64,000 nucleotides of DNA. Source: an uncultured Planctomycetaceae bacterium. GTDB taxonomy: Bacteria; Planctomycetota; Planctomycetia; Planctomycetales; Planctomycetaceae. The stretch spans positions 608,001 through 672,000 of the forward strand of contig CAWFGE010000012.1 of assembly GCA_963815195.1 (NCBI GenBank). Direction: 5' to 3'. The position numbers were made by a program, and so were the translations under genes. The notes beneath the pieces were generated by a model, which saw only the letters and a program-made list of their open reading frames with translations, was not told where the DNA came from and made no database searches. How positions within the stretch are numbered: position 1 is the first letter of the stretch; every line of letters begins with the position of its first letter. This document shows, in pieces, positions 21,532 to 34,415 of the stretch.

Positions 21532-24500
21532 ATGCAGACACAGCGCCAACGTTGGATGAGAAAATCGCTTTTCGCGGCCGGGCTGTTGGGCGTCCTGTGT
21601 CTTGGGGCGGCCCCCGCAAGCCGGGCGGCGGACGAGCCGGCGAAATCGAAAACCATCACGAGGCTGCCCGTCCTCCCGGCGGAGATCCACGAGGCACTCC
21701 AAGACCGCGACTTCGCGAAGGCGGTCGAGTTGATCGATGCCGCGCTCAAGGAAGCGAAGACGAACGCCAAGGATTATTTGCTGTACCTCAAAGGCCGGGC
21801 GCTGACGGACCAGAAACAATACGACCAAGCGCTCGAAACGTTTTTGAAGCTGGAAAAGGATTATCCGAAAAGCGATTGGCTTTCGCGGTCGCGGTTCGGG
21901 CGGGCGGAGGTGTTCCAGCGGAAGCGGGATTATCAGAAGGCCGGGGAGATTTATCAGGCCGAGGCCCAAAGGCTGCTCTCCGACGGCCGGCGGGATGAGC
22001 TTACCGGCATCTATCTGGAATTTGCGAAGCGGTATTTCGAAGGCGTCCCCGTGGCCGGGCCGACGAGCGAGAAGAAACCCGATTACCAGTTGGCCCTGAC
22101 CTATTATCAGGAATCCCTCAAGCTGCGGCCGAGTTTGAAACTCCGGCAGGAGATCGAACTCAAGATCGCCCGTTGCCACCAGGAGCTCGGCCAGTTCGAC
22201 CAGGCGATCGCGGCCTATGAAAAGTTCCTCAAGGACTACGCCTCGCCGAAAACCGACGACCGCCTGAACGCTCCCGCGGATTTGGAAATCGAGGCCCGCT
22301 ACCGCCTCGGCAAAACGCAGTTGGCCCAAGGGCACTCCGCGGACGCCCGCAAGACCTGGCAGGACTTTTTGAGAAGCCCGCTCGCCAAGAAAGCCGACAA
22401 AGACCGCATCGCCCAGATCACCTACGAACTCGCCCACACCTTCGGCGTGCCCAGCCCCGGTTCGGAGTCCGCGATGGAACTCGGCGTCGCAGCGCTCGAG
22501 CGGTTCCTCAAAGAGTTCCCGCAGCACAAGCTCGCGGCCAAGGCCCAACTGGAAATCGCCCAAAGCTACATCGCCTTCCGCCGCTTCGACCGGGCGATCG
22601 ATCGGCTCAAGCAACTCATCAAACAGGGCAGCACGGACGATGAGGAATCGATCGCCGGGGCCCGGCGGTTGTTGGGGGAATCGTATTTCGCGCAGAAAAA
22701 ATTCACGGAAGCCATCGCCGCCTGGCGGGAGTTCCTGGACGAGCATCCGTCGCATCCCACTTGGAGCGCGGTGCAACGGCAGGTGATCGATGCGGAGTTT
22801 CAACGGGCCGAGGAAGCCCGCGAAGCGAAGAACTACGCTGAGGCGAGAAAGCTCTGGTCCACGTTCCTTAATAAATATCCGCTCGACGACCGGGCCTCGC
22901 TGATTCTGCTCCGCTTCGGCCAGATGAAACTCGCCGAGGGCAACGCGTGCATCACAAAGGACGATGACAAAGCCAAGGCCGATCCCAAAGATCCCAAAAC
23001 ACTCCCGGCGGACTGCCAGAAGCTGTTCGACGAGGCCATCGAAGATTGGAAACGCCTGACGCAGAAATATCCCGACACGGCCAACGCTTCGCAGGCCGCG
23101 TATTTGATCGGCGTCACGCTGGAAGATCATTTGGGCCGATTGAGCGACGCCCTCGAAGCCTACAAAAAGGTCACAGGCGATTATCAAGCGAACGCCCAGC
23201 AGCGGATCGCCAACCTCACCGCCAAGCAGTTGGAAGTCGTCACCGAGCGGAAGTTCCTCACCGATGAGGCTCCGGAAATCGTGGTGACGAGCCGCAACCT
23301 GGAAAAGCTTTCCATCAAAATCTACCGCATCGACATGGCGGATTACTTCCGCAAGATGCACCTGGCGACGGGCATCGAGACCTTGGACATCGCCCTCATC
23401 GATCCCGACAAGTCCTGGGAGTACGAGGTCAAGGATTACGAGAAATACCGGCAGTTCACCAATCACATTCCCATCCCCAACAACGGGCCCGGCGTGACGG
23501 CGGTCACGGTCTCCAGCGACAAGCAGGAAGCCACGACCATGCTCATCGTGTCGGACATCGACATCATCGTGAAGACCTCGCGGAACGAGTTGTTCGTGTT
23601 CGCGGAAAACATGCGGACCAAAAAACCCGCCGCCGGCGTGAGCATCCTCGTCAGCGACGCCGAGAAAGTCTTCGCCGAGGAACTGACGGGCGCTGACGGC
23701 GTTTTGCAGAAGTCCTACGAGCCGCTCAAAACCGCGGAAGACCTCCGCGTGTTCGCGATTCACGAAGGGCACGCGGCTTCCACGGTCACCGCCTTGTCGG
23801 GGCTCCAGTTCGCCGTGGGCCTTTCGCCCCAGGGCTATCTTTACACCGACCGCCCGGCGTATCGCGCGGGGGAACTCGTGAACCTCAAAGGCGTGGTGCG
23901 CTGGGTCGCGGACGATCAATTCACCTTCAAACCCGGCGAGAAATACACGCTCGATATTTACGATTCCCGCAGCCGGGTGATCCACACCGCCAAGGTGCAG
24001 CTTTCGGAGTTCGGCACGTTCGCCCATCACGTGACGTTGCCCGAATCCGCGCCGCAGGGCGATTACCGCGTGCACCTCTACCAGCCCGGCCAGACCCAGT
24101 CTTACGAAGCCCGCTTCCAGGTCCACGAGACCCGGCTCGAACCCGTGCAGATCGTGGTCGATCTCGACGAAGACATCGTGTATCGCGGCGAGAAGATCAC
24201 CGGCAAGATCACGCTCCAGTATTACTACGGCACCCCGCTCGCCGACCGCACGCTCAGGTATCAACTCAGTGAAGGCCGCGTCCACACCGCCTCCACCGAT
24301 GCGAAGGGCCAGATCGCGTTCGAGTTCGACACGGCCGAGTTCAGCGAATCGGCGGTGCTGCCGTTATTGGTCTCGTTCCCGGAACGAAATCTGCAGACGC
24401 GGGTCTCGGTATTCCTGGCGACGCGGGGGTTTGGGATCGATGTGAGCACGCTGCGGAAGGTGTTTATCGTCGGCGAGCCGTTCGACGCTTCGCTCAAAGT

Positions 24501-27500
24501 CACCGACGCCGCGGGCAAACCCGTCTCGACGGAGTTGACCCTGGAAGTCTTCGAGCGGACCCGCGTGGAGCACCAAACCGGCGAACGCCTGATCGCCAGC
24601 TATCCCGTCAAGAGCGACGAAAAAACCGGCGAAGCCCGGCAAACGCTCAAGCTGGAAAACGCCGGGGTGTATATTTTGAGAGCCTCCGCGACCGACCGGT
24701 TTGGGAACCGCGTGGCCGGCGGCACGGCGGTGAAGATTTCCGGCGAAGACGATAACATTCGGCTGCGAATCTTCGCCGAGAAGCAGCACTACAAAGTCGG
24801 CGACGAGGCGGCCCTCACGCTGCATTGGCGCGAGAAGCCGGCGCTGGCTTTGCTCACTTATGAAGGGGCGAAGATCCTGGGCTATCGGCTCGTGAATCTG
24901 AAAACCGGAGCCAATCCGCTCAAGCTGCCTTTGGACGCCAAGCTCAGCCCGAACTTTCGGCTCTCGGCGGCGGTGATGCACGCTCATCACTTCCACGTGG
25001 CCCAGACCGATTTTCTCGTCGAACGCGAATTGAACATCGCCCTCAAACCCACCAAGACCACGCTCAAGCCCGGCGAGGAATTGGAAGTCGGAATCACCGT
25101 GACCGACCCGCAAGGCCAACCCGTCTCCGCGGAATTGTCGCTGGGCCTCATTCAAAAAAATCTCTTGGAAGCCTTTGCGGAAAACCAGCCTGCAATCCAA
25201 AAGCTGTATTCCGGCGGCATCCGCCAACCCGCCATGCGCGTGCAAACCAGCACGACCTTCGAGTATCACCCGAAGGCCCGCGGCATCAGCCAGTTCCTCC
25301 TCGCAGAAGAAGAACGCCGCGAAATCCTCAACCGCGAAATAGCGGCCTTGCGGGGATTGGCTTCCTCGGAGCAACGCAATATCTTTATCGGAGGGGGACT
25401 CGCACCAGATCAGCCCATCAGAGCATTGCTGCAAGCCCGAGAAGAATCCTTGATCACAGGAGCGACGAGCGAACGGATCCACTTCGTCCCCGATGAAGTC
25501 GAGGAAATCCACGGTCCGCTATTCGATAATACACGGCGAACGGGGGGTGGAGGGAGTTTTGCAAGACTAAGTGATGTCATCGACGCCGAAGATCTGCGTA
25601 GTGGGCGAATTTCAATATACGATGGGAAGCTAAGCCTCGTCATTCGCCAACATCAACGTGTGCTCGACGGCCAGATGGCTTCGCCAAATGGTGAAGCGGG
25701 CGACCTGGTTGTGCCATTGAACCAATCCGATCTCTCGAATCCCGAAATTCAGAAAGCCATTGCCGGCTGGAAGGCACGATTCGGGGCCCCCAATGCGCCG
25801 GTCGATGGCCCGGGACCCGGAATCGTGCCTTCGAATGGCAACGGCGTCGTGATTGGTTTAGCCACCCCAGAACGATTCCAGATGCAGGCCATGTCGCAGC
25901 AGCAAGAGCAAAAGGAGTTTTCGTTCTATTTCGGATTGAACCGTGACGGCGGCAATAATTCAGCGCCGCTCCAACATCGGTCTCTGCAACAACTCTCCCA
26001 GTTGGAAGGCACCGTGGTGGGGCTGAACAGCATGGGCGAGATGCAAGTGGTCAACGGGCTGCCGATGCAGCGACTTGAGGAACTCAACAAGGCTGGTCTC
26101 CAAATGCTGCCCGCGATGGGGGCCGCCGAGACCGGGTATTGGAACCCGGTCATCGTCACCGGCCAAGATGGCAAGGCGAAAATCACGTTCCGCCTGCCGG
26201 AGCGCTCGACGGCGTGGCGGCTCCAAAGCCGGGCTGTTACGAAAGACACCCTCACCGGGGAAAGTGATCTGGAGATTATCACCAAGAAAGACCTCTTCGG
26301 CGAGATCAAAACCCCGCTGGCGTTCATGGCCAGCGACAAAGCCCGCGTGATCGTGGAAGTTCATAACGCCGTCGTTGCGAAAGGCGAAACGATCCACGTA
26401 ATCTTCAAAGCCAAGCTGGGCGAGAAGACGACCGAACTCCGCAAGACGCTGGAATCGAAAGGCCCCGGCGTCGAGGAAGTGCAGTTCCCCATCAGCCTGG
26501 AAGCCGCGGGCGAAACGCTGCTGACGGTGAATGTCGAAAGCGGCATGCACAAAGATGAAACGACCGCGAGCGTTCCGGTGGAGCCGTTCGGCCTGCCGGT
26601 GTTCGCGACCGCATCGGGCACCGCGGCCCAGAACACGATCGCGTTCGTAGGCTTCGATAAAACCACGCCCGCCCAGAACCCGGGCCTGGAAATTGTCGTG
26701 GGGCCGACCGTCAACCGGGCCCTCATCGATGCCGTGCTCGGCAGCGAGGAATATGGTGCCGCGATGATCCTGCCCGAGAACCGTTTTGAGCGCGCGATCT
26801 CGGATGTGCTCGGCGGAACGGCCGTTTTGAAAATGCTCCAGGCCAGCCAGAACACCGACAGCCCGGAAGCCGAGGCTCTCGCGGGCCGCGTGCAATCGGG
26901 AATCGCTTCCTTGGTGTCGAGCCAGCGGGACGACGGCGGTTGGAGCTGGTCCGGAAAGCCGGGAGCCAGCGCGTCGGATCAGTATCTGTCCAGCCGCGCG
27001 GTGTGGCGCTTGCGGCGGCTCGCGACGCGGGCTTTGCCGTGCCACAGGAGACGTGGAACAAAGGCATCGGGCAACTGAAATCCGCCTTCGCCGCGAGTTC
27101 TGCGTCCGACCGCGAAGGGCAGGCGATTCTGCTCCACGGTTTGACGATGGCCGGGGCCGGCGATTTCGCCTTCGCCAATCGGCTGTACCGCGAACGCAAC
27201 AGCTTAAGCACGTCGGGCCTGTTGCATGTGGCGCTCGCGCTCATCGAGCTCGATCGCAAATCGATGGCCGAGGATCTGCTGAAGCTGGTCAAGCTCCCCG
27301 TGGAAGTCGCGAGCGCCAACTCGCGGGAGTTGGACGAGTTCGCTCTCCGCTGCATTCCGTGGATGCAATCCAACGTCGAACTGCGGGCGCTGTATTTCTT
27401 GGCATTGGAACAAGTGCCGGTGCCCGGCGCGAAACCGGAACAAGTCGCAAGCTGGCTGATGGCCGCCCGCCAGGGAACCCGCTTTACGCCGGAAAAAGCC

Positions 27501-30032
27501 AACGGCCCCGCGATCGCGGCGCTCGCCCGCTGGTACGGCCGGCAACGGCAAGCCGCCGAGAAATACCAACTCGCGGTGTTCGTCAACGACCGCCGGGTCG
27601 AGCTTCTGGACATCAAGCCCCACGAAGACGCCAGCCGCCGGCTCACCGTGCCCGCCGAGTTCCTCAACAAGGAAGGCCGGCAGCGGATCAACTTCGACAT
27701 CACCGGCCGCGGGCAGTTCAGCTATAGCGTGGTGTTGACAGGATTCGTCCCCGCCAAAGATCTCAAAAGCACCACGCAGGATTGGTGGGTCTCCAGGCGG
27801 TACGAGCCGGCCCAACTTCTTTACAACGGCCAAGTCGTGCCGCGGGGCTTCGATGTCCTCACGGGCAGCTACCGCGCCTTCCACAACCCGCTCACCCAGT
27901 TGCCTCTGGGAGATCGCGGCGACGTGACGATCGATTTCGCAAGGCGGAACCTCCAAGGCACGCCGGATGAGCGGCTGGATTACATCGTCATCACCGAACC
28001 GATCCCCGCGGGCACGATGGTGCTGCCGGAGTCCGTTTCGGGAAACTACGAGCGCTACGAGCAAACGCCGGGCGCGATTACGTTCTACCTGGGCGATCAG
28101 CCGCGTTCGACGACGATCCGCTATCAACTCGCGGGCTATCTGCCCGGCGAATACCAGGCGCTCCCCACGATCGCCCGCAGTTTTTACCGGCCGGAGCGGA
28201 TGGCGATCTCCGAAGGCAAAACACTGTCCGTGCTCGATCGCGGCGAGAAGTCCAAAGATGAATACCAGCTCAGCCCGCGGGAGCTTTATGAACTCGGCAA
28301 GCGGTCGCTCGGCGATCAAAAGTTCGCAGGCGCCGACGACCATCTCACCCGCTTGTTCCGCAACTATCGCTTGAACGGCGAGGTCTATAAGGACACCGTG
28401 GAGATGCTGTTCCGCACGTCGCTCGCGCTGAATAAGGATCAATACGTCGTCGAGTATTTCGAGATCATCAAAGAGAAATATCCCGACGTGGAGATTGAAT
28501 TCGACAACATCCTCCGCGTGGCGGCGGCGTATCGGGAACTGGGCGAATACGAGCGCAGCTTCCTCGTGTACCGGGCGACTGTGGAAGCCCGCTTTGAACG
28601 CGAAAGCCAGATCGCGGGCTTCCTCACCGCCCGGAACGAGTTTCTGCATTCGGTCGAGGTCCTGGAACGATTGCTCCGCGACTACCCGGCGGAATCTTAC
28701 ATTGCCACCGCGACCTATGCGCTCGCCGGGGAAGTCTACGGCATGGCCGAGTCCGCCAAGGACAACGAGAAGCTCAAACAGGCCGGCGTCACGCGGGTGG
28801 ATTTGATCGCAGCCAACATCCACATGCTCGATCATTTCCTGTCCACCTGGCCCAACGACCCCGCGGCGGACGTGGCGGCGTTTTCGATGGCGAACTCCTA
28901 TCTCGACCTCGAACAATACCAGCCCGCGATTTCCCGCTGCGAGAAATTCGCCGAGCGCTATCCCCAAAGCCAGCTTCTGGACAGTTTCTGGTACGTGATC
29001 GGCTTCAGCCAGTTTGCCTTGGGCAAATCACAAGAAGCCCTCAAGATGTGCGAAAAAGTCGCCGAGGCCAAACGCAAGGAGCCAAGCACCGGCGTCGAAG
29101 TCGCCGCCGCGAACAAATGGCAAGCCATCTACATCATGGGCCAGATTTACCACAGCCTAGGCGAACCGGCCAAGGCGATCGGCGAGTACAAAAAAGTCGA
29201 GGACCGCTTCCCCGACGCGGACGAGGCGATCCTTTTCTTCACCCGCAAGGAAATCTCGCTGCCGGAGGTGTCGACGATCCGCCCGAAAGATCCCAAGTCG
29301 GTGACGCTCAAGTACCGCAACATCGAGTCGGCCCAGGTCAAGGTGTACCGCATCGACCTGATGAAGTTCGGCCTGATGCAGCGAAACCTCGACCGCATCA
29401 CCGCGATCAATCTCGCGGGCATCAAGCCCTATCACGAACTCACGCTCGAATTGGGCGACGGCCGGGATTACCGCGAGCGCGAAAAACCGCTGGCCTTGCC
29501 ACTCAAGGATGAGGGGGCTTATCTCGTGGTCTGCCGGGGCGAGAACCTTTACAGCAGCGGGCTCGTGCTGATCACGCCGTTCGCCTTAGAGGTGCAGGAA
29601 GATGCGGTGAGCGGCCGGGTGCGGGTCACGGTGAAGAATGCCGTCACCGATCACTACGCCGCGGACGTGCACGTCAAAACCATCGGCAGCGCGAACGCGC
29701 AGTTCGTCTCCGGCGAGACCGACCTCCGGGGCATCTTCATCGCCGACGACATCCAAGGCACGAGCACGGTCATCGCCAAGCGGGAGCCGAATCTCTACGC
29801 TTTCTACCGCGGCGAAAAGGTCTTGGGCACTGTTCCAAATGCTCCGCCCCAAGGCGAAGCAAAACAAGCCCCGTCAACAAAGCCGGAAAGCGGCAAGCCC
29901 ATGCCAGGCCAAGGCCAGCTCCTCGAGCAACTCCGCGGCGACAACTACCGCAACAACGGCGACCAGCGTTCGCTGTATAAAGACCTGATTAACAACAGCA
30001 TCCAAGGCGTGAAAGCCAAAGGAGCCTATTGA
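21532..30032 (+). CDS. Very large TPR-fused alpha-2-macroglobulin-family protein (about 2,830 aa); frameshift near 27006
   Basis: Signal peptide, N-terminal TPRs, YLYTDRPAYRAGE (MG2), ETGYWNPVIVTGQDGKAKITFRLPERSTAWR (A2M), SQRDDGGWSW, EPIPAG...PGEYQALP (MG10), C-terminal TPRs. ORFs 20425..27078 and 26940..30032 join after a missing G (tgg-gcg). Confidence 0.88.
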
Positions 30033-30148
30033 CCCAAATCGGCGTGGGCACTCGGCGCGTTTTCCGGTGCAAATCCGAAGCACGAAATCCGAAACAAATC
30101 CAAAATCAGTACTTCCCAAAAAGCTCAGGAAATTGGTTTGGTTTTCAA

Positions 30149-30218
30149 GAGCCGCGCACGAAGTAAGCGATTTTCAGGGCCTCAGACGACGCAAGACCGC
30201 TTACTTCGTGCGCGGCTC
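30149..30218. repeat. REP-like inverted pair, family B (gagccgcgcacgaagtaagcg / cgcttacttcgtgcgcggctc)
   Basis: Perfect 21-bp inverted arms. Further copies at 35428-35448, 45675-45695 and 56955-57011; variants at 30399-30474. Confidence 0.9.
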
Positions 30219-30398
30219 AGGCTTTTTGGGACCTACTGAAAATGCAATAGCCCGAACGAGTGGCTCTCTTTTGGAAATTCAGTCGTTCCAAATGTCGTGG
30301 GATGGCGGGTGTCAACGTCCGGGCTGCATTAGCCGACGAGACGCCTCCACCAAAAGGATTGAGGGTCTTCGGCCGTTTTTCCCTGATTTGGAGCTACG

Positions 30399-30474
30399 GA
30401 ACTTGAAAAACCGCTGACGGCGTGCGCGGCTCTCTTTTAGAACTTGAGAAACCGCTGACGGCGTGCGCGGCTCT
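30399..30474. repeat. Tandem duplication (41-bp period) of a REP-B variant
   Basis: gaacttga(a/g)aaaccgctgacggcgtgcgcggctct occurs twice. Confidence 0.85.
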
Positions 30475-30494
30475 TTTCGATCCTTGCGATTCCG

Positions 30495-32915
30495 TCACAG
30501 CGGCTCGGTCACCAATTCGCCGGCATCGGCGGGCTGGGGAGCGGAATTCTCTAACGCGGGATTCGGCTCTTTCGCCGCCGATTGAGCCGATGGGCCCGGG
30601 TGTTTGCGTTTCACGCCGAACAGGACCAGGCACGCCGGTAGCATCAACAAATCGCCCACGAGCGCCCCGGCCATCGTCACGATCAACAGTTCCGCAAACC
30701 GCCGGGTGGGAACGAATTGGGAAAGCAGCAGCACCGCCAGTCCGCCGACGATGAGCAAACTCGTCAAGACCATCGCCGGCCCGGTGCCTTTGAGAGCCGC
30801 TCGGGTGGCTTCGAAGGCATTCGGATGTTTGGGAAACTCCTCGCGGAAGCGGTACAGCAGGTGAATCGTATTGTCCACGGCGATGCCCAGGCTGATCGTA
30901 AACACGATCACGTTGCCCGCGTTCATGTCGTAGCCCCGCCAGCCCATGTAGCCCAACGTCAAAATCAAAGGGGTCGTGTTGGGGAGGGCCGAGAGCAAAC
31001 CCGCCCGCGGCGAGCGGAACAGGACGCCGATGATCAAAAAGATCACGCCGCACGCGGTCAGCAGAGAGACCATCAAATCGCGGATCAACTGTTCCATCGC
31101 CATCGTGATGACATAGGCGTCGCCGGTGAGTTTGAACGTCACGCCGCTGCCGGCTGGAAAGGTCTCGGCAAGTTCGCGTTCGAGACGCTCGATAAGTTGG
31201 CCGGTTTTGTGGGTGCCTTCGTCGCGGACTTTGAGGAGCAACCGGGCGCGGTGCTTGTCGGGCGTCATAAAGGCGGAGTACCCGATTTCTTCCGACACCC
31301 CGCGGAGACGCACGGCACTCCGGTCCAGCCGCTTCTGGAAGTTGGAGATCGGTTCTTTTTCCGGGGAGGCCAACAGCTCGGCGAGGGCCGGCTCGACCTC
31401 GGCATGCAAATTGAGATACGAGCGTTCGAACACCACGCCGGGCTGCCGGCTCGCGAAGCGTTGGACTTCCGCGATCTTGCGGACGACGTTTTCATCGAGG
31501 AATCGCTTGTTTTTGGCGAGATGCAGGTCGATTTCGAGCGGGAACAGACCGGACAGGCGGCGTTCCACGAGCCGAATCGTGCGGATCGTGGGGTGCGACT
31601 GGTCGTAGGTTTCGATCGTGTAAGAATTGATCTTGACGTTCCGGGCCGCGAACAACGCGAGCCCCATCAACACGAAACTCCCCGCAAGCGTGAGTTTGGG
31701 GTACTGTGTGACCAGGTTGCCGACCCCTTCGAGACTTCGCTTCAGTCCGAAGTTCCGGCCGCCAACGCGGATGCCCGGCCGGGGCGGACGCAGCCAAGGC
31801 AATAGCGCGGTCAAGGTGATGATGATCGCAAAATACAACAGCACCATGCCCATCGTGGCCTGCCAGCCGAACGCCCGGAGCACGTCCGAATGCGCCGTCG
31901 CCAGGCTCGCAAAGCCCGCCGCCGTCGTCAAAAACGTGAGCAGACACGCCATCGCCATGTGCCGCATCGTGCACTCCACGGCCTCCCGGCGGTCGAGCAC
32001 GCGGTGCGAATCCTCGGCGTACCGGCTGATGATGTGCACGGAATTGGAAATTCCCAACACCATCAACAGCATCGGCAGCACGTTGGAAATCAAGTTGAAC
32101 GACTGCCCCGTCGCGGCCATCAGGCCCAAAGTCCACCCCAAGCCGATGCCCACCGCCAACAGCGGAACCAGACTGCCCGAAATCCGGCGGTAGGCCAAGA
32201 CGAGCGCGATGAAATACAGAAACCCTGCGATGGGAATCAAAAACCGCTGGTCGCTTTGCAGGTTGCGGACAATATCCACCCGCAACACCGCCTGGCCCGT
32301 GATGAAGGCTTCATAGCCTTGGGGCGGCGGATTCTTGCGGACGGCCGTTTGGATCGAATCGACAATCTCCCGCATCTCGTCCGAGGATTGCAGCTTCGGA
32401 TCGAAAAACACAAGAATCGCCGCCACCTTGCGATCCGTGCCCACTAAGATGCCTTCCATCAGGTGCGAGTGGGTCAGAAACTCGCGCACTTCGCTTTCCG
32501 TCTTCTCCGTCGCGGGGAGGTTGATCAAAGGCGTCTTCGTGAGCCCGGCGTCCCCCGACAAATGGAACCGCCGCGTGGTGATGGACCCCAGCGATTCGAC
32601 CCGGAGCACATTGGGAAGATCGTCCAGGTCGTGGGCCAGCGAAACCTGCCAATCCAGCGCCTCAGGCTGGAGCACGTCCCGGTCGCCGTCGGCTTTCAAA
32701 ATCACCTGAATGACGGAATCGTCGTAACCGAAGGTTTTCTTGAACTCGTCGGCGTCGGCCAGCAAATCGTTTCTTCCCTCAAAAACCGACTGCGGGGCGA
32801 AGTCGAATTTGACATTGGTGGCGGACCAGGCGGAAGCGAGCGTGGTCGCCAGGAGAAACATCGCGACGCACCAGGGGTGCCGCGTAATCCAGCGAAGAAT
32901 TCTTGATATAAACAT
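30495..32915 (-). CDS. MMPL/RND family transporter
   Basis: Two TM repeats with periplasmic loops; LTFLTTAAGFASL, TISLGIAVDNTIH, FVPTRRFA, DLLMLPA. Confidence 0.9.
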   Translation of the reverse strand: MFISRILRWITRHPWCVAMFLLATTLASAWSATNVKFDFAPQSVFEGRNDLLADADEFKKTFGYDDSVIQVILKADGDRDVLQPEALDWQVSLAHDLDDLPNVLRVESLGSITTRRFHLSGDAGLTKTPLINLPATEKTESEVREFLTHSHLMEGILVGTDRKVAAILVFFDPKLQSSDEMREIVDSIQTAVRKNPPPQGYEAFITGQAVLRVDIVRNLQSDQRFLIPIAGFLYFIALVLAYRRISGSLVPLLAVGIGLGWTLGLMAATGQSFNLISNVLPMLLMVLGISNSVHIISRYAEDSHRVLDRREAVECTMRHMAMACLLTFLTTAAGFASLATAHSDVLRAFGWQATMGMVLLYFAIIITLTALLPWLRPPRPGIRVGGRNFGLKRSLEGVGNLVTQYPKLTLAGSFVLMGLALFAARNVKINSYTIETYDQSHPTIRTIRLVERRLSGLFPLEIDLHLAKNKRFLDENVVRKIAEVQRFASRQPGVVFERSYLNLHAEVEPALAELLASPEKEPISNFQKRLDRSAVRLRGVSEEIGYSAFMTPDKHRARLLLKVRDEGTHKTGQLIERLERELAETFPAGSGVTFKLTGDAYVITMAMEQLIRDLMVSLLTACGVIFLIIGVLFRSPRAGLLSALPNTTPLILTLGYMGWRGYDMNAGNVIVFTISLGIAVDNTIHLLYRFREEFPKHPNAFEATRAALKGTGPAMVLTSLLIVGGLAVLLLSQFVPTRRFAELLIVTMAGALVGDLLMLPACLVLFGVKRKHPGPSAQSAAKEPNPALENSAPQPADAGELVTEPL

Positions 32916-33276
32916 TGGGTTTCCACCGCCTTGGGGAGGTCCCGTCCCCGAATGAGGCGAAATGGGTCAAGAGGGGGAAACAGTCCAAATTCGCTGGGCC
33001 TAGGGAAATGATAGGTCCCAAAACGAACCGGGCTGTCGCTCGCCGGGCAATCAGCCAATGATCTTCCAGCGCGAGAGGTCTCATCCCTCGAGGAGGATTG
33101 CAGGAACCCCGCATGTATTATTAGCGAGCACCGATCGGGTTTTCTACCGCTGGCGGGGTAAATATCGGTGGTTCAGGCAGGTTGGGGAGGGGGCAAAAAA
33201 CAAACCCGAAGTGCGAAAACCGAATGCACCGCGGGTTTGTGCCCGAATTCTTATCGCGTGTTTCCCGTCGTGGGCA

Positions 33277-33840
33277 TCAGGAAAACGGCAGAGGTTCGGG
33301 TTGTAACACAAACGGAAACACCCGGATGGGATGCCCATCGGGCAAGTCCTGGCGGTAGCTCAGCTGCGCGGCGCGGTCCGCGGCAAATTGCAGAATGGTA
33401 AACTCCAATCCACAATAAAAGTCCGTGCCCGCCTCGGCGGCGACATCCGCGAACACTTCCCCGGCCGACGCCGCGTGCCGGCGGACGCCGTGAATGCTTT
33501 TTTCCCGCACTTTCACGCCCGAAGCGGCCAGCTTGACCAGCCCCTTCAAAAATCGGGCGACGGTCGTGTCGGGACCGGAAGCGCGCCACAACCGATCCCA
33601 CTCGTCGTGGGCTTCCCAGTAATAGCCGTGATTAAAATAATCGATGGCCAAGAGATAACTGCGGTTGTCGGCCCAGGCGTCCGGGTCCAAGGGCTTCGTG
33701 TTGCGGTTCTTGTTTCGCCCGTAACTGTGCCCTTGCGGATCGCGCAGCGGATGGGGAGTGTCCGTCCCCGGAATAAAGGTATAACTCGGCAGATCGGTGG
33801 TTGGCAACAATCTCGGTTTTAGAGCAATGGTTTGGCTCAT
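33277..33840 (-). CDS. DUF309 domain protein
   Basis: [19 protein letters not shown]...[11 protein letters not shown]. Confidence 0.85.
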   Translation of the reverse strand: MSQTIALKPRLLPTTDLPSYTFIPGTDTPHPLRDPQGHSYGRNKNRNTKPLDPDAWADNRSYLLAIDYFNHGYYWEAHDEWDRLWRASGPDTTVARFLKGLVKLAASGVKVREKSIHGVRRHAASAGEVFADVAAEAGTDFYCGLEFTILQFAADRAAQLSYRQDLPDGHPIRVFPFVLQPEPLPFS

Positions 33841-34415
33841 CCGTTCCTTTCTCCACGGTGAATGAATTGAAATTCCTCAGAATTTCCATCCCTGGAAACC
33901 AGATGAACCCTCCGTGTTCGCCCCCACCCATATCAAACTGATTCTTCAGCGTCTCGTCAAACGGAAAACACCCGCATTGCGAAAAGTTTCCAGAGTTTGA
34001 GGAAAAGTCAAGTGAACAAAAATCAGCTTCTCGTGGGCTGCAACTTCATCCGGTGCGAAATCGACGTGCATACCGAGAAAGTGCAAAGCCTGGAGAATTT
34101 GGGGGATTTTTTGGCAGGATTTTGGTGATGTTGGCCGGCGATGGACGCCGACACCTCAATTATTCTACTCAGCTCGTGGGGAGAAGTGAGGGGGCCTTCT
34201 TCGGAAAAATTCAGAAAATATGAAAATTCCCGCCCCCAAAAACCCCGGAGGCAGCCAACATAAGGCCACACATGGCTTTGTGACTCGTTCTCCCCTGACC
34301 GATTCGCCGAGCCGAATGATTATTCGCCCGAACCGCAAGCGAGGGAACGGATTTGAAGTCCCTCGCTTGCGGTTCGGGCGAATTGCGACAGAGACAGAAA
34401 TCCCTCGCTCGCTGG

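Noticed and set aside
21397..24285. Long antisense ORFs (e.g. 962 aa here; also 7043..8803, 27204..28967, 58826..60352)
   Set aside because: Shadow ORFs of high-GC genes on the opposite strand, with no recognisable motifs.
33850..34410. Possible ncRNA or gene in an AT-richer gap
   Set aside because: No tRNA or riboswitch pattern and no credible ORF could be recognised by eye.
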